Assembly (NCBI GenBank): GCA_963804995.1
Contig: CAWDSK010000003.1
Coordinates: 1,312,001 to 1,376,000, forward strand
From: an uncultured Acidobacteriota bacterium
Lineage (GTDB): Bacteria; Acidobacteriota; Terriglobia; UBA7540
DNA: 64,000 bases
Reading direction: 5' to 3'
Both the position numbers and the translations under genes were made by a program. Under the pieces are notes generated by a model, which saw only the letters and a list, made by a program, of their open reading frames with translations, made no database searches and was not told where the DNA came from. This document shows, piece after piece, positions 29,754 to 40,810 of this stretch. The first letter of the stretch is position 1, and every line of letters begins with the position of its first letter.

Positions 29754-29959
29754 GCGGCCACTCCGTGGTTAGACTGTCGGACCGTCCGCAGCGGTGCATT
29801 ACAGATCAGGTCGGGGATCCCGTGCGGCTGGCGTCATGCGTCGTCGCTGAACGCTCTCCCGTACAGGCCGAGCTATGTTCCGGGTTTCGAGTGGTAGTTG
29901 CTGCACAGGCTCTAAATACGACAAAAACGAAAGCACATCCGTCTTATTTGTATCTGAAA

Positions 29960-30358
29960 TTACAGAACATCGGTGGGAAGAAGCCGGCCTTCCGTAGTGC
30001 GGTCGAAGTCAGCGTCAAAGCTCACGATTTTTAGCCCATGCCTTGTGGCGGCGCTGTACTGGTAAGCGTCATCGAAGTCCAGGTTGAATTTCGCCGCCGC
30101 ATCAACGAGAGCATCCATCTCCGGTGCACCGAGAGACACCATTCCGATGCCGGCCCTGTCAATCACATCTTGCAAGAATTGGCGGAAAACATGGTGTTGC
30201 TTGTTCCGGAACAGCAGAAGACCGATCGAATGCAGAGCGAAATCCGAGACATAGAGTTCGTGACCCTTGCGGTTTTCGAGGAAGGTTCGGGCGTCGCCGG
30301 CGCTGGCCTGATTCAACAACACCTCGATGAAGAGATTGGTATCGACAAGCAATCTCAT
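29960..30358 (-). CDS. vapC: PIN-domain (VapC-like) toxin
   Basis: MRLLVDTN..E, LDFDDAYQY, IVSFDADFD; ATGA overlap with the upstream gene. Confidence 0.88.
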   Translation of the reverse strand: MRLLVDTNLFIEVLLNQASAGDARTFLENRKGHELYVSDFALHSIGLLLFRNKQHHVFRQFLQDVIDRAGIGMVSLGAPEMDALVDAAAKFNLDFDDAYQYSAATRHGLKIVSFDADFDRTTEGRLLPTDVL

Positions 30359-30579
30359 TCGCCGTCGGCTCTCCAATGCGCGATGCGGTGCTGCAACTCG
30401 ACGGAGGTGTACCGATCCCGCAAGCCTTGGAGCGTGCCCGCCCACGCGAATTGCGGCTTGCCGGGTTGCTCGATGGAACGCCGAGCGAGCAAGGACTCCA
30501 CGTAGTTCCGAAGCTGCGCCCTGTATTCTGAAGGGACTTCACGCACCATTTCTTCAAGAGTCTTCGTTGGCTCGGTCAT
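30355..30579 (-). CDS. DUF2281-like antitoxin
   Basis: 74 aa; WAGTL..LRDRYTSVELQH; coupled to the PIN gene; GAGG RBS. Confidence 0.8.
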   Translation of the reverse strand: MTEPTKTLEEMVREVPSEYRAQLRNYVESLLARRSIEQPGKPQFAWAGTLQGLRDRYTSVELQHRIAHWRADGE

Positions 30580-30762
30580 AACCGTTTCCTCATTAATATT
30601 CTACTCTATTTTCCGGGACTTGATGCAATGATCGCAAGTGTAACGGCAGCTAGTAAACTACGCGCAACTCTGCAACGCAATCAGGACCGCGCTACGATAC
30701 GGGCCCACGCCACCCTTGCTGGCGGGCGATCAGATACCTGCTGCGACAGGAAGGGTTCGATC

Positions 30763-30862
30763 TGTAGGAGCAGCGGAATTTATCCCGATCTTATCGGGAC
30801 GCCGCCATTTGGCGTGGTAAACTCGCGGCTAAAGCAAAGTGGCGAGATAAACTCGCCGCTAC
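30763..30862. repeat. GTAG-REP-like cluster (family B)
   Basis: TGGCGAGATAAACTCGCCGCTAC and degenerate TGGCGTGGTAAACTCGCGGCTA; related to 39614-39684. Confidence 0.65.
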
Positions 30863-30909
30863 ATCAAAGGGAAATCCAAACCGCATCACTAACCGAATGG
30901 AGAGAGATT

Positions 30910-31428
30910 ATGGCCGAGACGGATTTCACCAAAGGCTTTATCAGACAAGCTGATCACACGATTAGGGAAGTCTATCTGGCGCGCATGGTGAGGTGTATCG
31001 AGGAGCTCTCACCCGAGCAGATTTGGTGGCGCCCGAACCCGGCTTCCAACAGTGCGGGGAACCTGGTGCTCCACCTCACGGGGAACATCCGCCAATGGAT
31101 TATTGCGGGTCTAGGCGGCGCTCCGGACGTGCGCGAGCGCGACAAGGAATTTGCCGAACTCGGCCCCTTGCCCCGGCGGATTCTGGTAAGTCGCTTGCGG
31201 AAGACCGTGGAGGATGCCTGCCGGGTTTTGCGGAAGCTCTCCGCCGAAGATTTGGCGCGGGATTACACCATCCAGGGATTTCGCGTGACCGGGCTCGCCG
31301 CCACCTTCCACGTCGCCGAACACTTTTCCCACCACGCGGGGCAAATCATCCTGATTACCAAGATGCTCACTGGCAGCGACTTGAAGTTCACTCGGCTGCC
31401 CGGTGATAAGAAGAGAAGGCACGCGTAG
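30910..31428 (+). CDS. DinB/DUF1572 family protein
   Basis: NSAGNLVLHLTGN, RERDKEF, HFSHHAGQI. Confidence 0.85.
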   Translation: MAETDFTKGFIRQADHTIREVYLARMVRCIEELSPEQIWWRPNPASNSAGNLVLHLTGNIRQWIIAGLGGAPDVRERDKEFAELGPLPRRILVSRLRKTVEDACRVLRKLSAEDLARDYTIQGFRVTGLAATFHVAEHFSHHAGQIILITKMLTGSDLKFTRLPGDKKRRHA

Positions 31429-31593
31429 CGCCCCGATGCACGGGGGCGGTTCATCCTTCACATCTAAGCGAATGCGCCTTTGCGAAGAAGTAATCGTGGC
31501 GCAGCCGCCGGGGATGGAGATTTGTGGGTTTCCAACAGAAGAGCCGCGGACCCCAAAAACGGGGGACCGCGCTACGAAACAGGTCCGCGCTAC
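31425..31593. repeat. GTAG-REP-like inverted doublet (family A); its GTAG supplies the stop codon of the DinB-family gene
   Basis: GTAGCGCCCCGATGCACGGGGGCGGTTC ... CCGCGGACCCCAAAAACGGGGGACCGCGCTAC. Confidence 0.8.
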
Positions 31594-31618
31594 GCATGCT
31601 TGTAACGAAAAGCCTGCC

Positions 31619-33157
31619 TTATTGCTGCAGCACATGCACCTGCTTGGCCTGGAGCACCATGGTGCCTGCGGGGATGGGAACCCCATTGATGACACTGGCA
31701 TTCGCCTCATAGTACGGCGAGCCCTTGACGAGCAAGGACGCCTGCGGCGTGAGGCCACCCAAGCCGGTCACGTTCAGGAATGCCGTCTGGTTGTTGGTAA
31801 GGACGTAGATGGGCACACCTTGGAGAAGCGTGCAACATGGATTGAGCACAAAGGCCCCCGTGAGGTTATCCGACCCGACCTGTATCGTTGCACCCATATT
31901 ACCCTGGAGCGTCTGCATTTTAAGGTAGATGGCTGCCGGTCTGATGATGATGGGGAGGGGCGAGACGGTTCCGGAGGGTGTGGGGGGTGCCGAGTAGGTT
32001 CCGTGTACCACCAGTTCCTCACCCACCGCCAGATTCTGAGGTCCAAAGCCCAAGTTGGCAAAATTGGGTCCCAGCGCCGAGGCCTGATAAGTGGGATTGG
32101 AGGAAAGGTCGACCTCGTAGATGCGGTCCATTTCGATGGCGGAGGGAGTATCGGGTTCCGCATCCCGGACCCACATGTTGAACTGGGTGGGATTCCCACC
32201 TGAATCAGTGGTGATGGAAACAATCGGTCCGATAAAGGCCGTACTGGGTAGTTGGGTGGACTGGCTAGGGTTGGGGGTTTCAACCGCCTGGACCTCCACC
32301 GTCTTCGCTCCCAGGTTGCCCTGCGTGTCCACGAGGGTGTCCACTTCCACGTAACTGTCTGTCAGGAGGTGGCCAAGATCGGTGAAACCAACCAGGTTGG
32401 TGTTGGAAGACACATAGACACTCAAGGCCGGAGCCCCAGACGTGGAGGGGGAGAGAAGCTGCATGAGGAACCCACCCGTGTAACTTGGATTGATGGTGGT
32501 GCTCTGCGGGAGAAGCGGGGTGATACTTCTTACAAACCCCGAAAGGTCATCCAATTCGCCATAACCATTCGTGGGAGTAGACGAGAGTTGTGCGGTGCTG
32601 ATAACCGGGGTCACTTTGCCGGTGAGCTGCCCGGAGGAGTCCACTTGCAACATACGGAGGGCGTCAAAATCCACGAGCATGACATTCGCCTGCCCCGCGG
32701 TGACGACCAGGGGAGGGTTAATGGAGAAAGTCGGCTTGGGTACCGTAAGGGTGGTAGTGAGTAGCTTCACAGGCGGGGTCAAAGTTGGCGCGTAAGTCGC
32801 CACCTGCGCGAGTTCGATCGAATAGGTCGCCTGGTCGTAGCTTCCGGCAGGAATATTGGAGACATAAAGGATGCTGGTAAAATCCCTAAGCTGTTCCAGG
32901 TTAACCCGAATCGATGGCGCAAATGATGGGGTATTCACAATATATCCCACCTGATTAGTGCCCGAAACGGGCGTCAGACTTAACCCCGAGATCGTGAGAT
33001 TCGCGGAAATTGCATTGCAAATCGGAGCGTCCTGCACAAAAGCCAGTAAGCTGCCTGTGGCTGGTCTCGGGGTAACCGGCGTGGAGGTACCGCAACTCGT
33101 AAGTATTCCGGCAACTAGGGCAATTCCTAGTAACTTCGCCGACGTGAAATTGAACAT
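31619..33157 (-). CDS. Lipoprotein, DUF4382/DUF5666-like beta-rich
   Basis: Lipobox ILTSC; VQDAP, IPAGSYDQA, VDFDALR. Confidence 0.7.
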   Translation of the reverse strand: MFNFTSAKLLGIALVAGILTSCGTSTPVTPRPATGSLLAFVQDAPICNAISANLTISGLSLTPVSGTNQVGYIVNTPSFAPSIRVNLEQLRDFTSILYVSNIPAGSYDQATYSIELAQVATYAPTLTPPVKLLTTTLTVPKPTFSINPPLVVTAGQANVMLVDFDALRMLQVDSSGQLTGKVTPVISTAQLSSTPTNGYGELDDLSGFVRSITPLLPQSTTINPSYTGGFLMQLLSPSTSGAPALSVYVSSNTNLVGFTDLGHLLTDSYVEVDTLVDTQGNLGAKTVEVQAVETPNPSQSTQLPSTAFIGPIVSITTDSGGNPTQFNMWVRDAEPDTPSAIEMDRIYEVDLSSNPTYQASALGPNFANLGFGPQNLAVGEELVVHGTYSAPPTPSGTVSPLPIIIRPAAIYLKMQTLQGNMGATIQVGSDNLTGAFVLNPCCTLLQGVPIYVLTNNQTAFLNVTGLGGLTPQASLLVKGSPYYEANASVINGVPIPAGTMVLQAKQVHVLQQ

Positions 33158-33414
33158 CCGTCTCAAGGGTCTCCTTTTGTTCACAGTTGGGATAGGCGAC
33201 CGTCCGCGGGGCCTTCCACTGCAGGCCATTAGGTCTGCCGCCGTGGCGGCACCCGCCAAAGACCCGTGCCTTTTCCTCAGATGACATCAACCCGCAGGGG
33301 GGTTATCCGCCCATTCGAGCTTCCAGTCTTCCGAGGCCAAGATTTCGATAAATACAGTGAATCGACCAAAGAAGGCAAGGATTATCCCACCGGGGAGATT
33401 TCCCCGCAAGTCCG

Positions 33415-34587
33415 CTACTCGGGCTTGCGGCGGCGAATGAAGGCTGGAACGTCGAGATCATCGCCTGAGATCTCCGTGGTCACATTGGCAGGCTTCTCCT
33501 CCACCGGCAGCTTCTCCTTCTTGGCGAGCATGCTCTTGACACTTTGTTGCGCGGTGCGTACCGCCGGAGACAACGCGGGGAGCGGCTTTATACCCATCCT
33601 CTCAGATTTGATGCCCGTGGCGATCACCGTCACCTTCACAGCGTCGCCCATGGACTCGTCGTGGACGGCGCCGAAAATAATGTTGGCATTCTCGGCGGCG
33701 GCCTTTTGCACAATGGTGGAAGCCTCGTGCACCTCGTAGAGCGTCAGCTTGCTCGAGCCGGTAATGTTGAGCAAAATGCCGTGCGCCCCGTTAATCGTCG
33801 CGTCTTCAAGCAGCGGACTGGCGATGGCACGGTTCGTAGCTTCCACGGCGCGGTTCTCTCCACTGGCCACCGCGGTGCCCATCACCGCATAACCCATGCC
33901 TTCCATGATAGTTTTGATGTCCGCAAAATCACGGTTGATGATACCCGTGATGGTGATGATATCCGATATCCCTTGCACACCCTGCCGCAGGATGTCGTCG
34001 GCAATACGAAAAGCCTCAAAGAAGCTAGTCCCCTTGTCCACGAATTGCATCAGGCGTTCATTGGGAATACAGATAAGCGTATCAACCGCCTGGCTCAATT
34101 CTGCCAAGCCCTGGTCGGCTTGCATCATGCGGCGCTTGCCTTCGAAGGCAAAGGGTTTGGTGACCACAGCCACGGTCAGCGACCCCAACTCACGGGCCAG
34201 ACTGGCCACTATAGGAGCGCCCCCCGTTCCCGTTCCACCCCCCAGGCCGGTAGTGACGAAGACCATGTCTGCGCCTTCGAGCGCTTCGATGATTTTCTCC
34301 GTGTCCTCGAGCGCCGCCCGCCGCCCGATCTCCGGGTTGCCACCCGAACCCAATCCCTTGGTCAGCTTCGTTCCGAGTTGAATCTTTATTGACGCTTTGG
34401 AAGCCTGCAGGGCCTGGGCATCGGTGTTGGCCACCAGAAAATCCACGCCCTTCACATCCGCCGAAATCATCCGGTTGACGGCATTGCCCCCACCCCCGCC
34501 GACCCCGATGACCTTGATTTTGGCGCCGTCGCGCAGCTCGTCCGAGAAATCCACCCGGAGGTCACCCAAACCGGCATCGTTCCCCAT
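33415..34587 (-). CDS. ftsZ: Cell division protein FtsZ
   Basis: [27 protein letters not shown]-terminal LDVPAFIRR. Confidence 0.98.
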   Translation of the reverse strand: MGNDAGLGDLRVDFSDELRDGAKIKVIGVGGGGGNAVNRMISADVKGVDFLVANTDAQALQASKASIKIQLGTKLTKGLGSGGNPEIGRRAALEDTEKIIEALEGADMVFVTTGLGGGTGTGGAPIVASLARELGSLTVAVVTKPFAFEGKRRMMQADQGLAELSQAVDTLICIPNERLMQFVDKGTSFFEAFRIADDILRQGVQGISDIITITGIINRDFADIKTIMEGMGYAVMGTAVASGENRAVEATNRAIASPLLEDATINGAHGILLNITGSSKLTLYEVHEASTIVQKAAAENANIIFGAVHDESMGDAVKVTVIATGIKSERMGIKPLPALSPAVRTAQQSVKSMLAKKEKLPVEEKPANVTTEISGDDLDVPAFIRRRKPE

Positions 34588-34609
34588 GATGGCTCCTTTG
34601 CCGCATTCT

Positions 34610-35839
34610 CTAAGCACTTCTGCCTCGCACACTTTTCCAGAGCTTCCCAAACAATCCCGTGTTCTCGCGGGAGTCACGCCGCAGTCGCAGGCGATTCCCA
34701 TGGATCACCAATCCCACGGCCGCCGCGAAGGCCGGATCGGGCAGCGTTTCACCCATATTCTCCAAATCAAAGGGAACGCCCAAACGCACTGCCATGCCCA
34801 GACCTTGTTCGGCAAGTGCTGTCAACCCGCCCAGCTTCGCGCCGCCTCCGGTCAGCACGACACCCGCACCCAATTGCTTCTCCCAACCTGAGCGGCCAAG
34901 TTCTGCCTGGATTAATTCGATAAGTTCGACGGCGCGCGGCTCGATCACCTCGCTCAGCATCGCGTAATTCACGGTGCGCGAGGGCCGCTCACCGACCCCG
35001 GGCACTTCCAACACCGTGTCGATGGGCTTCGAAGGGTCGCGTTCACCCCAAGCTTTTTTCATCTTCTCCGCCTCCGGAATGGGAGTGCGGAGTCCTACCG
35101 CGATATCGTTGGTAAAGTGCTCCCCGCCCACAGGGATCACCGCGGTGTGTTGGACCACGCCGGCATGATAGACAACCAGATCTGTCGACCCTCCCCCGAT
35201 ATCTACCAGCGCCACACCCAGCTCGCGCTCGTCAGCCGTGAGACAAGCTTCCCCGGAAGCCAGCGGCTCAAAAACTGTGTCCTGCACCATCACGCCCGCC
35301 CGGTTCACCGCCGTCACTACATTCTGGGAGGCTGAGGCCGACGCCGTCACCAGGTGAACGTCCACCTCCAGCCGGGCGCCTACCATGCCGACGGGGTCAC
35401 GAATGCCATCTTGGGAATCAAGCAGAAACTTCTGCGGCAGGACATGCAGAAGTTGGCGATCTTCCGGCAGGGTAATATTCTGTGCAGTCTGGATGACGCG
35501 CCGCACATCCTCCCGTTCCACCTCCCGCGTGGAGGCGGAGGTTTTCCCGAGTGTGATCGAACCCCTCGAATTCACACCCTTGATATGCGGGCCTGCCACG
35601 CCCACGTAAGCGGATTCGATAGACACTCCCGCGGCAGTTTCGGCTGCCTCCACCGCCTTCTTCACCGCCAGGACGGTCAGGTCGAGATTTACGATCACGC
35701 CCTTACGCCAGCCCTTCGACTCCGCCGCTCCCAGGCCCAGGACTTCGAGTTTGCCTTCCTCGTTTGGCTTGCACACGAGGGCGGAGATCTTCACACTGCC
35801 AAGATCGAGCCCGACGATATTGTGATCTTTTCGCGCCAA
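34610..35839 (-). CDS. ftsA: Cell division protein FtsA
   Basis: [23 protein letters not shown]; upstream of ftsZ. Confidence 0.97.
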   Translation of the reverse strand: MARKDHNIVGLDLGSVKISALVCKPNEEGKLEVLGLGAAESKGWRKGVIVNLDLTVLAVKKAVEAAETAAGVSIESAYVGVAGPHIKGVNSRGSITLGKTSASTREVEREDVRRVIQTAQNITLPEDRQLLHVLPQKFLLDSQDGIRDPVGMVGARLEVDVHLVTASASASQNVVTAVNRAGVMVQDTVFEPLASGEACLTADERELGVALVDIGGGSTDLVVYHAGVVQHTAVIPVGGEHFTNDIAVGLRTPIPEAEKMKKAWGERDPSKPIDTVLEVPGVGERPSRTVNYAMLSEVIEPRAVELIELIQAELGRSGWEKQLGAGVVLTGGGAKLGGLTALAEQGLGMAVRLGVPFDLENMGETLPDPAFAAAVGLVIHGNRLRLRRDSRENTGLFGKLWKSVRGRSA

Positions 35840-35904
35840 GCCTGCTTCAGTCCTTTCGCTCGTTCCTTGCGGGTGAAGCCTATCTGGCCCCCCGCCTCGA
35901 TTGA

Positions 35905-36771
35905 CTACGGGTTTACGACCACCTGATTGCGATAGCGCAAATCAACGGTATCAAGTTTGGAGTCCGACTTTTGCAACTCCGGGAGCAGCGCCTGGAAATT
36001 TCGGAACCGGCGGAGGAAGTCCTTGCGGCCGAAGTGCACCTGCACGGTCTGCTGTCCTCTGATCAACAGCGCTTTCAAGTCCTCGGAATCGGTCAAATCG
36101 ACCTCCGAAATCATCCAGCCCGCGCGGGGAACCTCCGTCCCCAATTGCTGCATGAACTCCTGGAAGAGGGCCAAACGCGCGCGGCGTTCATCCACGCTGG
36201 CAACGGTTTCAAGGCCGCTGATCACGGGGAAGTCGAACACGCCGTTCTCCGGCTTCTCGAGGAGCATACCGTCCCCGTCCACCAGGCTCACGCGCCCGCC
36301 CACACTGGCAAAAGCCACCGGGGTTCGCTCCGCGATACTCACGAGCAGCCCATGAGGCAGGATGCGTGTCACCGCCGCCGTTCGCACCCACGGCAGCGTT
36401 TCCACCTGACGCCGCTTGGTATCGAGGGAAACGCGGAAGACGTTGGAGCCACGGCCCTTCCCCGTTAAAGGCAAACTAAGCGCCCCCAGAACCTCCTCAC
36501 GCGAGACGAACCGATTCCCCTCCACTATAATATCTTCCGGAGCGCTCAGCACGAATTGGGGCGAGGTGAGCGCGAAATTGGCCAGCAAGCCCCCAGCGAC
36601 TCCAACGGGCAGCAGGACGCCGACGGCAAAAAGAATCCAGCGCACACGCCCCGCGAATCGGTTGCGTCGCACCGGAACCGCTTTGGGCCGTCGAAGATAA
36701 GGGGATTCCTCTTCGGCATCCAACTCATCCGGTAACGGTACCTCGTCGTGTTCCAGTAATTCCATAACCAT
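35905..36771 (-). CDS. ftsQ: Cell division protein FtsQ/DivIB
   Basis: TM, POTRA (LPWVRTAAVTRILP..ERTPVA) and VDLRY; synteny. Confidence 0.93.
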   Translation of the reverse strand: MVMELLEHDEVPLPDELDAEEESPYLRRPKAVPVRRNRFAGRVRWILFAVGVLLPVGVAGGLLANFALTSPQFVLSAPEDIIVEGNRFVSREEVLGALSLPLTGKGRGSNVFRVSLDTKRRQVETLPWVRTAAVTRILPHGLLVSIAERTPVAFASVGGRVSLVDGDGMLLEKPENGVFDFPVISGLETVASVDERRARLALFQEFMQQLGTEVPRAGWMISEVDLTDSEDLKALLIRGQQTVQVHFGRKDFLRRFRNFQALLPELQKSDSKLDTVDLRYRNQVVVNP

Positions 36772-36848
36772 TTATCCCGAGGCGCCAGTAGTCAAAACAT
36801 GGGGCGATTTCATTCAGCTTCAACCTTCCAACCCCTGACTGCTGACTA

Positions 36849-38255
36849 CTAACTTCTAGCTCCTAATTCCTGATTGCTCTCCCTCAACGCTTTTGCCAGC
36901 GCCTCGCTGATCTTCCAGACACTTCCCGCGCCAATTGTCATGATCAAGTCACCCGGGCACGCCTCATCCAGGATTTCGGTAATCACCTGTTGGTCTGACA
37001 ACGCATAACGCGCACTACTGACACCCAATTCATGCATGCGCTCCACCAGGGCCGCAGAAGTGACCCCGGGAATCGGCGTCTCGTTGGCAGCATAGATGTC
37101 CAGGACGTAGACGCGGTCGCAGCCCGCGAAAGAGGCCGCCAGTTCATCCAGCAAGAACTTGGTCCTCGTATAGCGATGGGGCTGAAAGATGGCGATGATG
37201 CGTTTCGTCCTTTGCAGGCGCGCGGCGTCAAGGGTGGCGCGAATTTCCGTGGGATGATGGCCATAGTCATCCACGAGGGTAATGCCGTCAACCTCCGCCT
37301 TGATTTGAAAGCGCCGGTCGGCGCCTCGAAAGCGCTCCAGGCCCTGGCGAATCTGCTCGGCAGTCAGTTCCAGCTCCAAGCCCACCGCGACCGCCGCCAG
37401 AGCGTTTTGCACATTGTGCCGGCCAGGAACCCCAATCGAAAAACGCCCGAGGCTCTTCCCTTTCACAGAGGCGTCAAACATCGAGCCAGACGGGGTGAGT
37501 TCATGAATGCTGCCCTGAACGTCCGCGCCAGGCTCCAGCCCGTAAGTAACCACCCGGCGCCGGAGCTTTGGCATCAGGGTCTTGATCAAATCACGCCAAG
37601 GCGGATCGAAACAAACGACCACGGCGCCGTAAAAGGGAACCTTTTGCATAAAAGAAACAAAGGCGGCGGCAATCTCATCGAGGTCGCGGTAATGGTCCAG
37701 ATGTTCGCGGTCAATGTTGGTGACCACGGCAATCGAAGGCAGCAGGTAGAGGAAGGAGCGGTCGCTCTCATCCGCTTCAACCACCATCAATTCACTTTTC
37801 CCCAGCCGCGCACTGGATCCAAACACATCCAGCCGACCCCCGACGACCACGGTGGGATCAAGATTCGCTTCCGCCAGCATCACCGCGATCATGGAAGTGG
37901 TGCTGGTTTTGCCATGCGCACCCGCCACGGCCACGTTGAACTTCAGGCGCATTAATTCCGCCAGCATCTCGGCGCGGGGGATGACCGGAATCTGGCGCCG
38001 CTGGGCCTCCTGAATTTCAGGATTGGCCACCGGCACGGCGGAGGACACGACCACCACTTGGGCCTGGCTGACGTTTGCGGCCGCATGGCCTTCAAACACC
38101 CGCGCCCCCAGGCTCGCCAGGCGATCAGTAACGGGGGTGGCTTTCAGGTCCGACCCGGAAACTTGAAATCCCAAATTGAGCAGCACCTCGGCGATGCCGC
38201 TCATCCCGATGCCACCTATCCCGACAAAATGAATCCTTCGAATTTTACCCAGCAT
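36849..38255 (-). CDS. murC: UDP-N-acetylmuramate--L-alanine ligase
   Basis: [39 protein letters not shown]. Confidence 0.98.
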   Translation of the reverse strand: MLGKIRRIHFVGIGGIGMSGIAEVLLNLGFQVSGSDLKATPVTDRLASLGARVFEGHAAANVSQAQVVVVSSAVPVANPEIQEAQRRQIPVIPRAEMLAELMRLKFNVAVAGAHGKTSTTSMIAVMLAEANLDPTVVVGGRLDVFGSSARLGKSELMVVEADESDRSFLYLLPSIAVVTNIDREHLDHYRDLDEIAAAFVSFMQKVPFYGAVVVCFDPPWRDLIKTLMPKLRRRVVTYGLEPGADVQGSIHELTPSGSMFDASVKGKSLGRFSIGVPGRHNVQNALAAVAVGLELELTAEQIRQGLERFRGADRRFQIKAEVDGITLVDDYGHHPTEIRATLDAARLQRTKRIIAIFQPHRYTRTKFLLDELAASFAGCDRVYVLDIYAANETPIPGVTSAALVERMHELGVSSARYALSDQQVITEILDEACPGDLIMTIGAGSVWKISEALAKALRESNQELGARS

Positions 38256-38280
38256 ACTTCCGCTATTCCTTACTTGCCTC

Positions 38281-39488
38281 CTACGCCTGGCGGGCGAAGG
38301 ATTCGATCAAGTCTGCAATACGAGCCACCGCGTCTGGACGTGCCAGGCGGCGCACACAGGTTTCCATCTGATGGAGCGTATCCGGGGCCGCGAGCAGCCC
38401 GCGTATTTCCCCCACCAGGCGTTCAGGAGTGAGCTCCGATTGCACGATAATGTGCGCCCCTCCGGCACGCTCCAGAACCCGGGCGTTATCCAGTTGGTGC
38501 TGGTCAGTCGCGGCCGGAAAAGGAATCAGCAAAGCGGCCTTCCCGGCGGCGGCAAGTTCGGACACGGCCGTCGCTCCCGCGCGCGAAATAACTAAATCGG
38601 CTTGTGCGAGCGCCCCGGGCATGTCCTCAATGAAGGCGTAAACCTGGGCGGCGAAGCCTTGTTCCTGATAGGTCCTGCGAACTTCATTATAGTCGGGTTC
38701 GCCGGTTTGGTGGATGATTCTAATCCGCCCTGCGTCCCCCGCCAGGAGCGGCAGGCTTGCCATCACGGTTTGATTGATCGCCCTCGAACCCTGACTTCCA
38801 CCCACCACCAGGACAACAAAAGGCGGCGTGTGCGGCTTGGGTGGGATTGCAAAGAAGGTTGGACGGACGGCATGCCCTGTCAGAAGCGCCTTACTTCCAT
38901 AAAAGCGCGCCGTCTCTTCAAATCCCACCACCGCCTTGCGGACCACGGGCGCCAGGAGGCGGTTCGTAAAACCCGGCCGGGCATTCGGCTCAATCAAGAC
39001 GGTGGGAATACCACAGAGCGCTGCCTCCAACATCACCGGTCCTGAGAGGTACCCCCCACGCCTACCACCACGCGTGGTCGAAAATTCCGCAGGATGGCCG
39101 CCACTTCAATCGCTGTGCGCGGCAAGACCAGCAAATTGCGCAGCCAACGTACCCCACCAATTCCTTTCAGCCCGGCGGCATCAACCACACTGAGCCGGAA
39201 ACCCGCCGCGGGAATAAGCTTCGATTCAAGCTGGCGGCGTGTTCCCAGAAATTCGATCTCGTAACACGTCGAATTCAGTTCTCGCTGCTCGCTGCGCGCC
39301 CGCAGTTCCTCCGCCACGGCCAGAGCCGGGAAAATGTGGCCACCCGTCCCCCCCGCCACCATCAAAATGCGCGAGGTCGCGTGGTCTGGGCCAGCCGATA
39401 CAGTGTTGCCGCCGCGAGCGACAACACCAGCCTCCTCAGGTTCAGTCCGGTCCTCCTCTTCGATTCGATCGTGCACGGTGTCCAGCAC
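38281..39488 (-). CDS. murG: MurG GlcNAc transferase, split by a 1-nt deletion in a G6 run (39052-39057)
   Basis: GGTGGHIFP in the first ORF; GGSQGS and RAGATAVSE in the second; G7 would restore [10 protein letters not shown]. Confidence 0.93.
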
Positions 39489-39583
39489 TTTCTCTCACGT
39501 CCTAATCAGGAATCATTGTCCCCTCGGCCCCTGAGGGGGTGTGGGGGAATAGGGAAATGCTTTTCACAACGCAAGTTTCCTAG

Positions 39584-39703
39584 AAGGCTGTTGAAAAACC
39601 CTCACGGTGCGAGGTAGCGGCGGGTTTACCCCGCCATATCGCCAACGATTTCAACAGCGGATGGCGGGGTAAACCCGCCGCTACGTCGTTTTTCATCAGC
39701 CTC
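39584..39703. mobile_element. About 120-bp MITE-like element with IS-type ends enclosing a perfect 24-bp GTAG inverted repeat
   Basis: AGGCTGTTGAAAAA / TTTTTCATCAGCCT ends; GTAGCGGCGGGTTTACCCCGCCAT (39614-39637) inverted at 39661-39684. Confidence 0.7.
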
Positions 39704-39711
39704 CCAGAAGA

Positions 39712-40803
39712 CTAGCTCGCGTGTTGAGAGATATTGAGCAAAATCCCCACGGCCAGCATGTTAACCAGTAAAGATGATCCACCATAGCTGACAAACGGCA
39801 GGGGAATACCCTTCGTGGGGAGCAATCCCAGAACCACACTCATGTTGACCAGGGCCTGGCCGACAACCATCACCGTCAATCCAAGGGCCAGCAACCGCCC
39901 GAAGTCGTCCGAGCAGCCAGCGCTGGCCCGCAGTCCCCGCAGCAGAATCAGAACGAAGACCGTCACGATTGCCAAGGTGCCCAGCAATCCCAATTCCTCT
40001 CCCACTACCGCGAAGATGAAATCCGTTTGGGGTTCCGGCAAGAAGAAGAGTTTCTGCTTGCCCTCCATCAGGCCCAAGCCCGTGATCCCTCCGGTTCCCA
40101 CCGCGATGTAAGACTGGAGAATCTGGAAACCTTTTCCCAGCGGGTCAGCATAGGGGTTCAAGAACGCCAGCACGCGGTTGTGACGGTAAGTGGAATGGAG
40201 AATCAGCCAGTAAACCACGGGCAACGCAGAGAGCCCCGTCAAGGCAAAGTAGCGGAGCTGCAAGCCAGCCGCAAACAGGATCGCTGTCACCACCAAACCG
40301 AGCGCGAGAGTCGTCCCGAAATCCGGCTCCACCAGCACTAACATTCCCATGACTCCCGCTACCAACAGGATCGGCGCCAGAGTGTGTTTCCAGTCGTTCA
40401 CCTGGCCCTTGCGGAGGTCCAGGAAAAAAGCGAGAAAGAGAGCCAAAACAATTTTAGCGAACTCCGAAGGTTGAAGGCTGGCTGGGCCCAGGTGAAGCCA
40501 GCGATGCGTGTTATGGCTGCGGTCGGCAAATAGCACCACGACGAGAAGGATGAACTGCAGGGCCAGGGCCGGAAATACTACCAGCGGACTTGCCAGCCGC
40601 CGGTAGTCAACATTCATCATGACAACCACGGCCACGAGTCCCGCTACCACCCAAGCGAGTTGTCTCCACAGAAAGTAATTGCTGTTATGGTAATTATCCG
40701 CTGCCAATACCGCCGAGGCGCTGAATACCATGAGCGCGCCAAATAGGACCAAGCCCACTACGGCGCCAAACAAAATCTTGTCGGATTGGAGCTGTCGCGC
40801 CAT
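39712..40803 (-). CDS. ftsW: Peptidoglycan polymerase FtsW
   Basis: QPSEFAK, EPDFGT, PEPQTDFIFA, LPFVSYGGSS. Confidence 0.97.
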   Translation of the reverse strand: MARQLQSDKILFGAVVGLVLFGALMVFSASAVLAADNYHNSNYFLWRQLAWVVAGLVAVVVMMNVDYRRLASPLVVFPALALQFILLVVVLFADRSHNTHRWLHLGPASLQPSEFAKIVLALFLAFFLDLRKGQVNDWKHTLAPILLVAGVMGMLVLVEPDFGTTLALGLVVTAILFAAGLQLRYFALTGLSALPVVYWLILHSTYRHNRVLAFLNPYADPLGKGFQILQSYIAVGTGGITGLGLMEGKQKLFFLPEPQTDFIFAVVGEELGLLGTLAIVTVFVLILLRGLRASAGCSDDFGRLLALGLTVMVVGQALVNMSVVLGLLPTKGIPLPFVSYGGSSLLVNMLAVGILLNISQHAS

Positions 40804-40810
40804 GCGTTAG

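Noticed and set aside
29895..29915. Lone CAGGCTCTA IS-end-like motifs here and near 55949
   Set aside because: No partner inverted repeat or transposase identified.
36772..36848. Absence of murB and ddl between murC and ftsQ
   Set aside because: dcw gene content varies among phyla; the genes are likely elsewhere, so this is not informative from one window.
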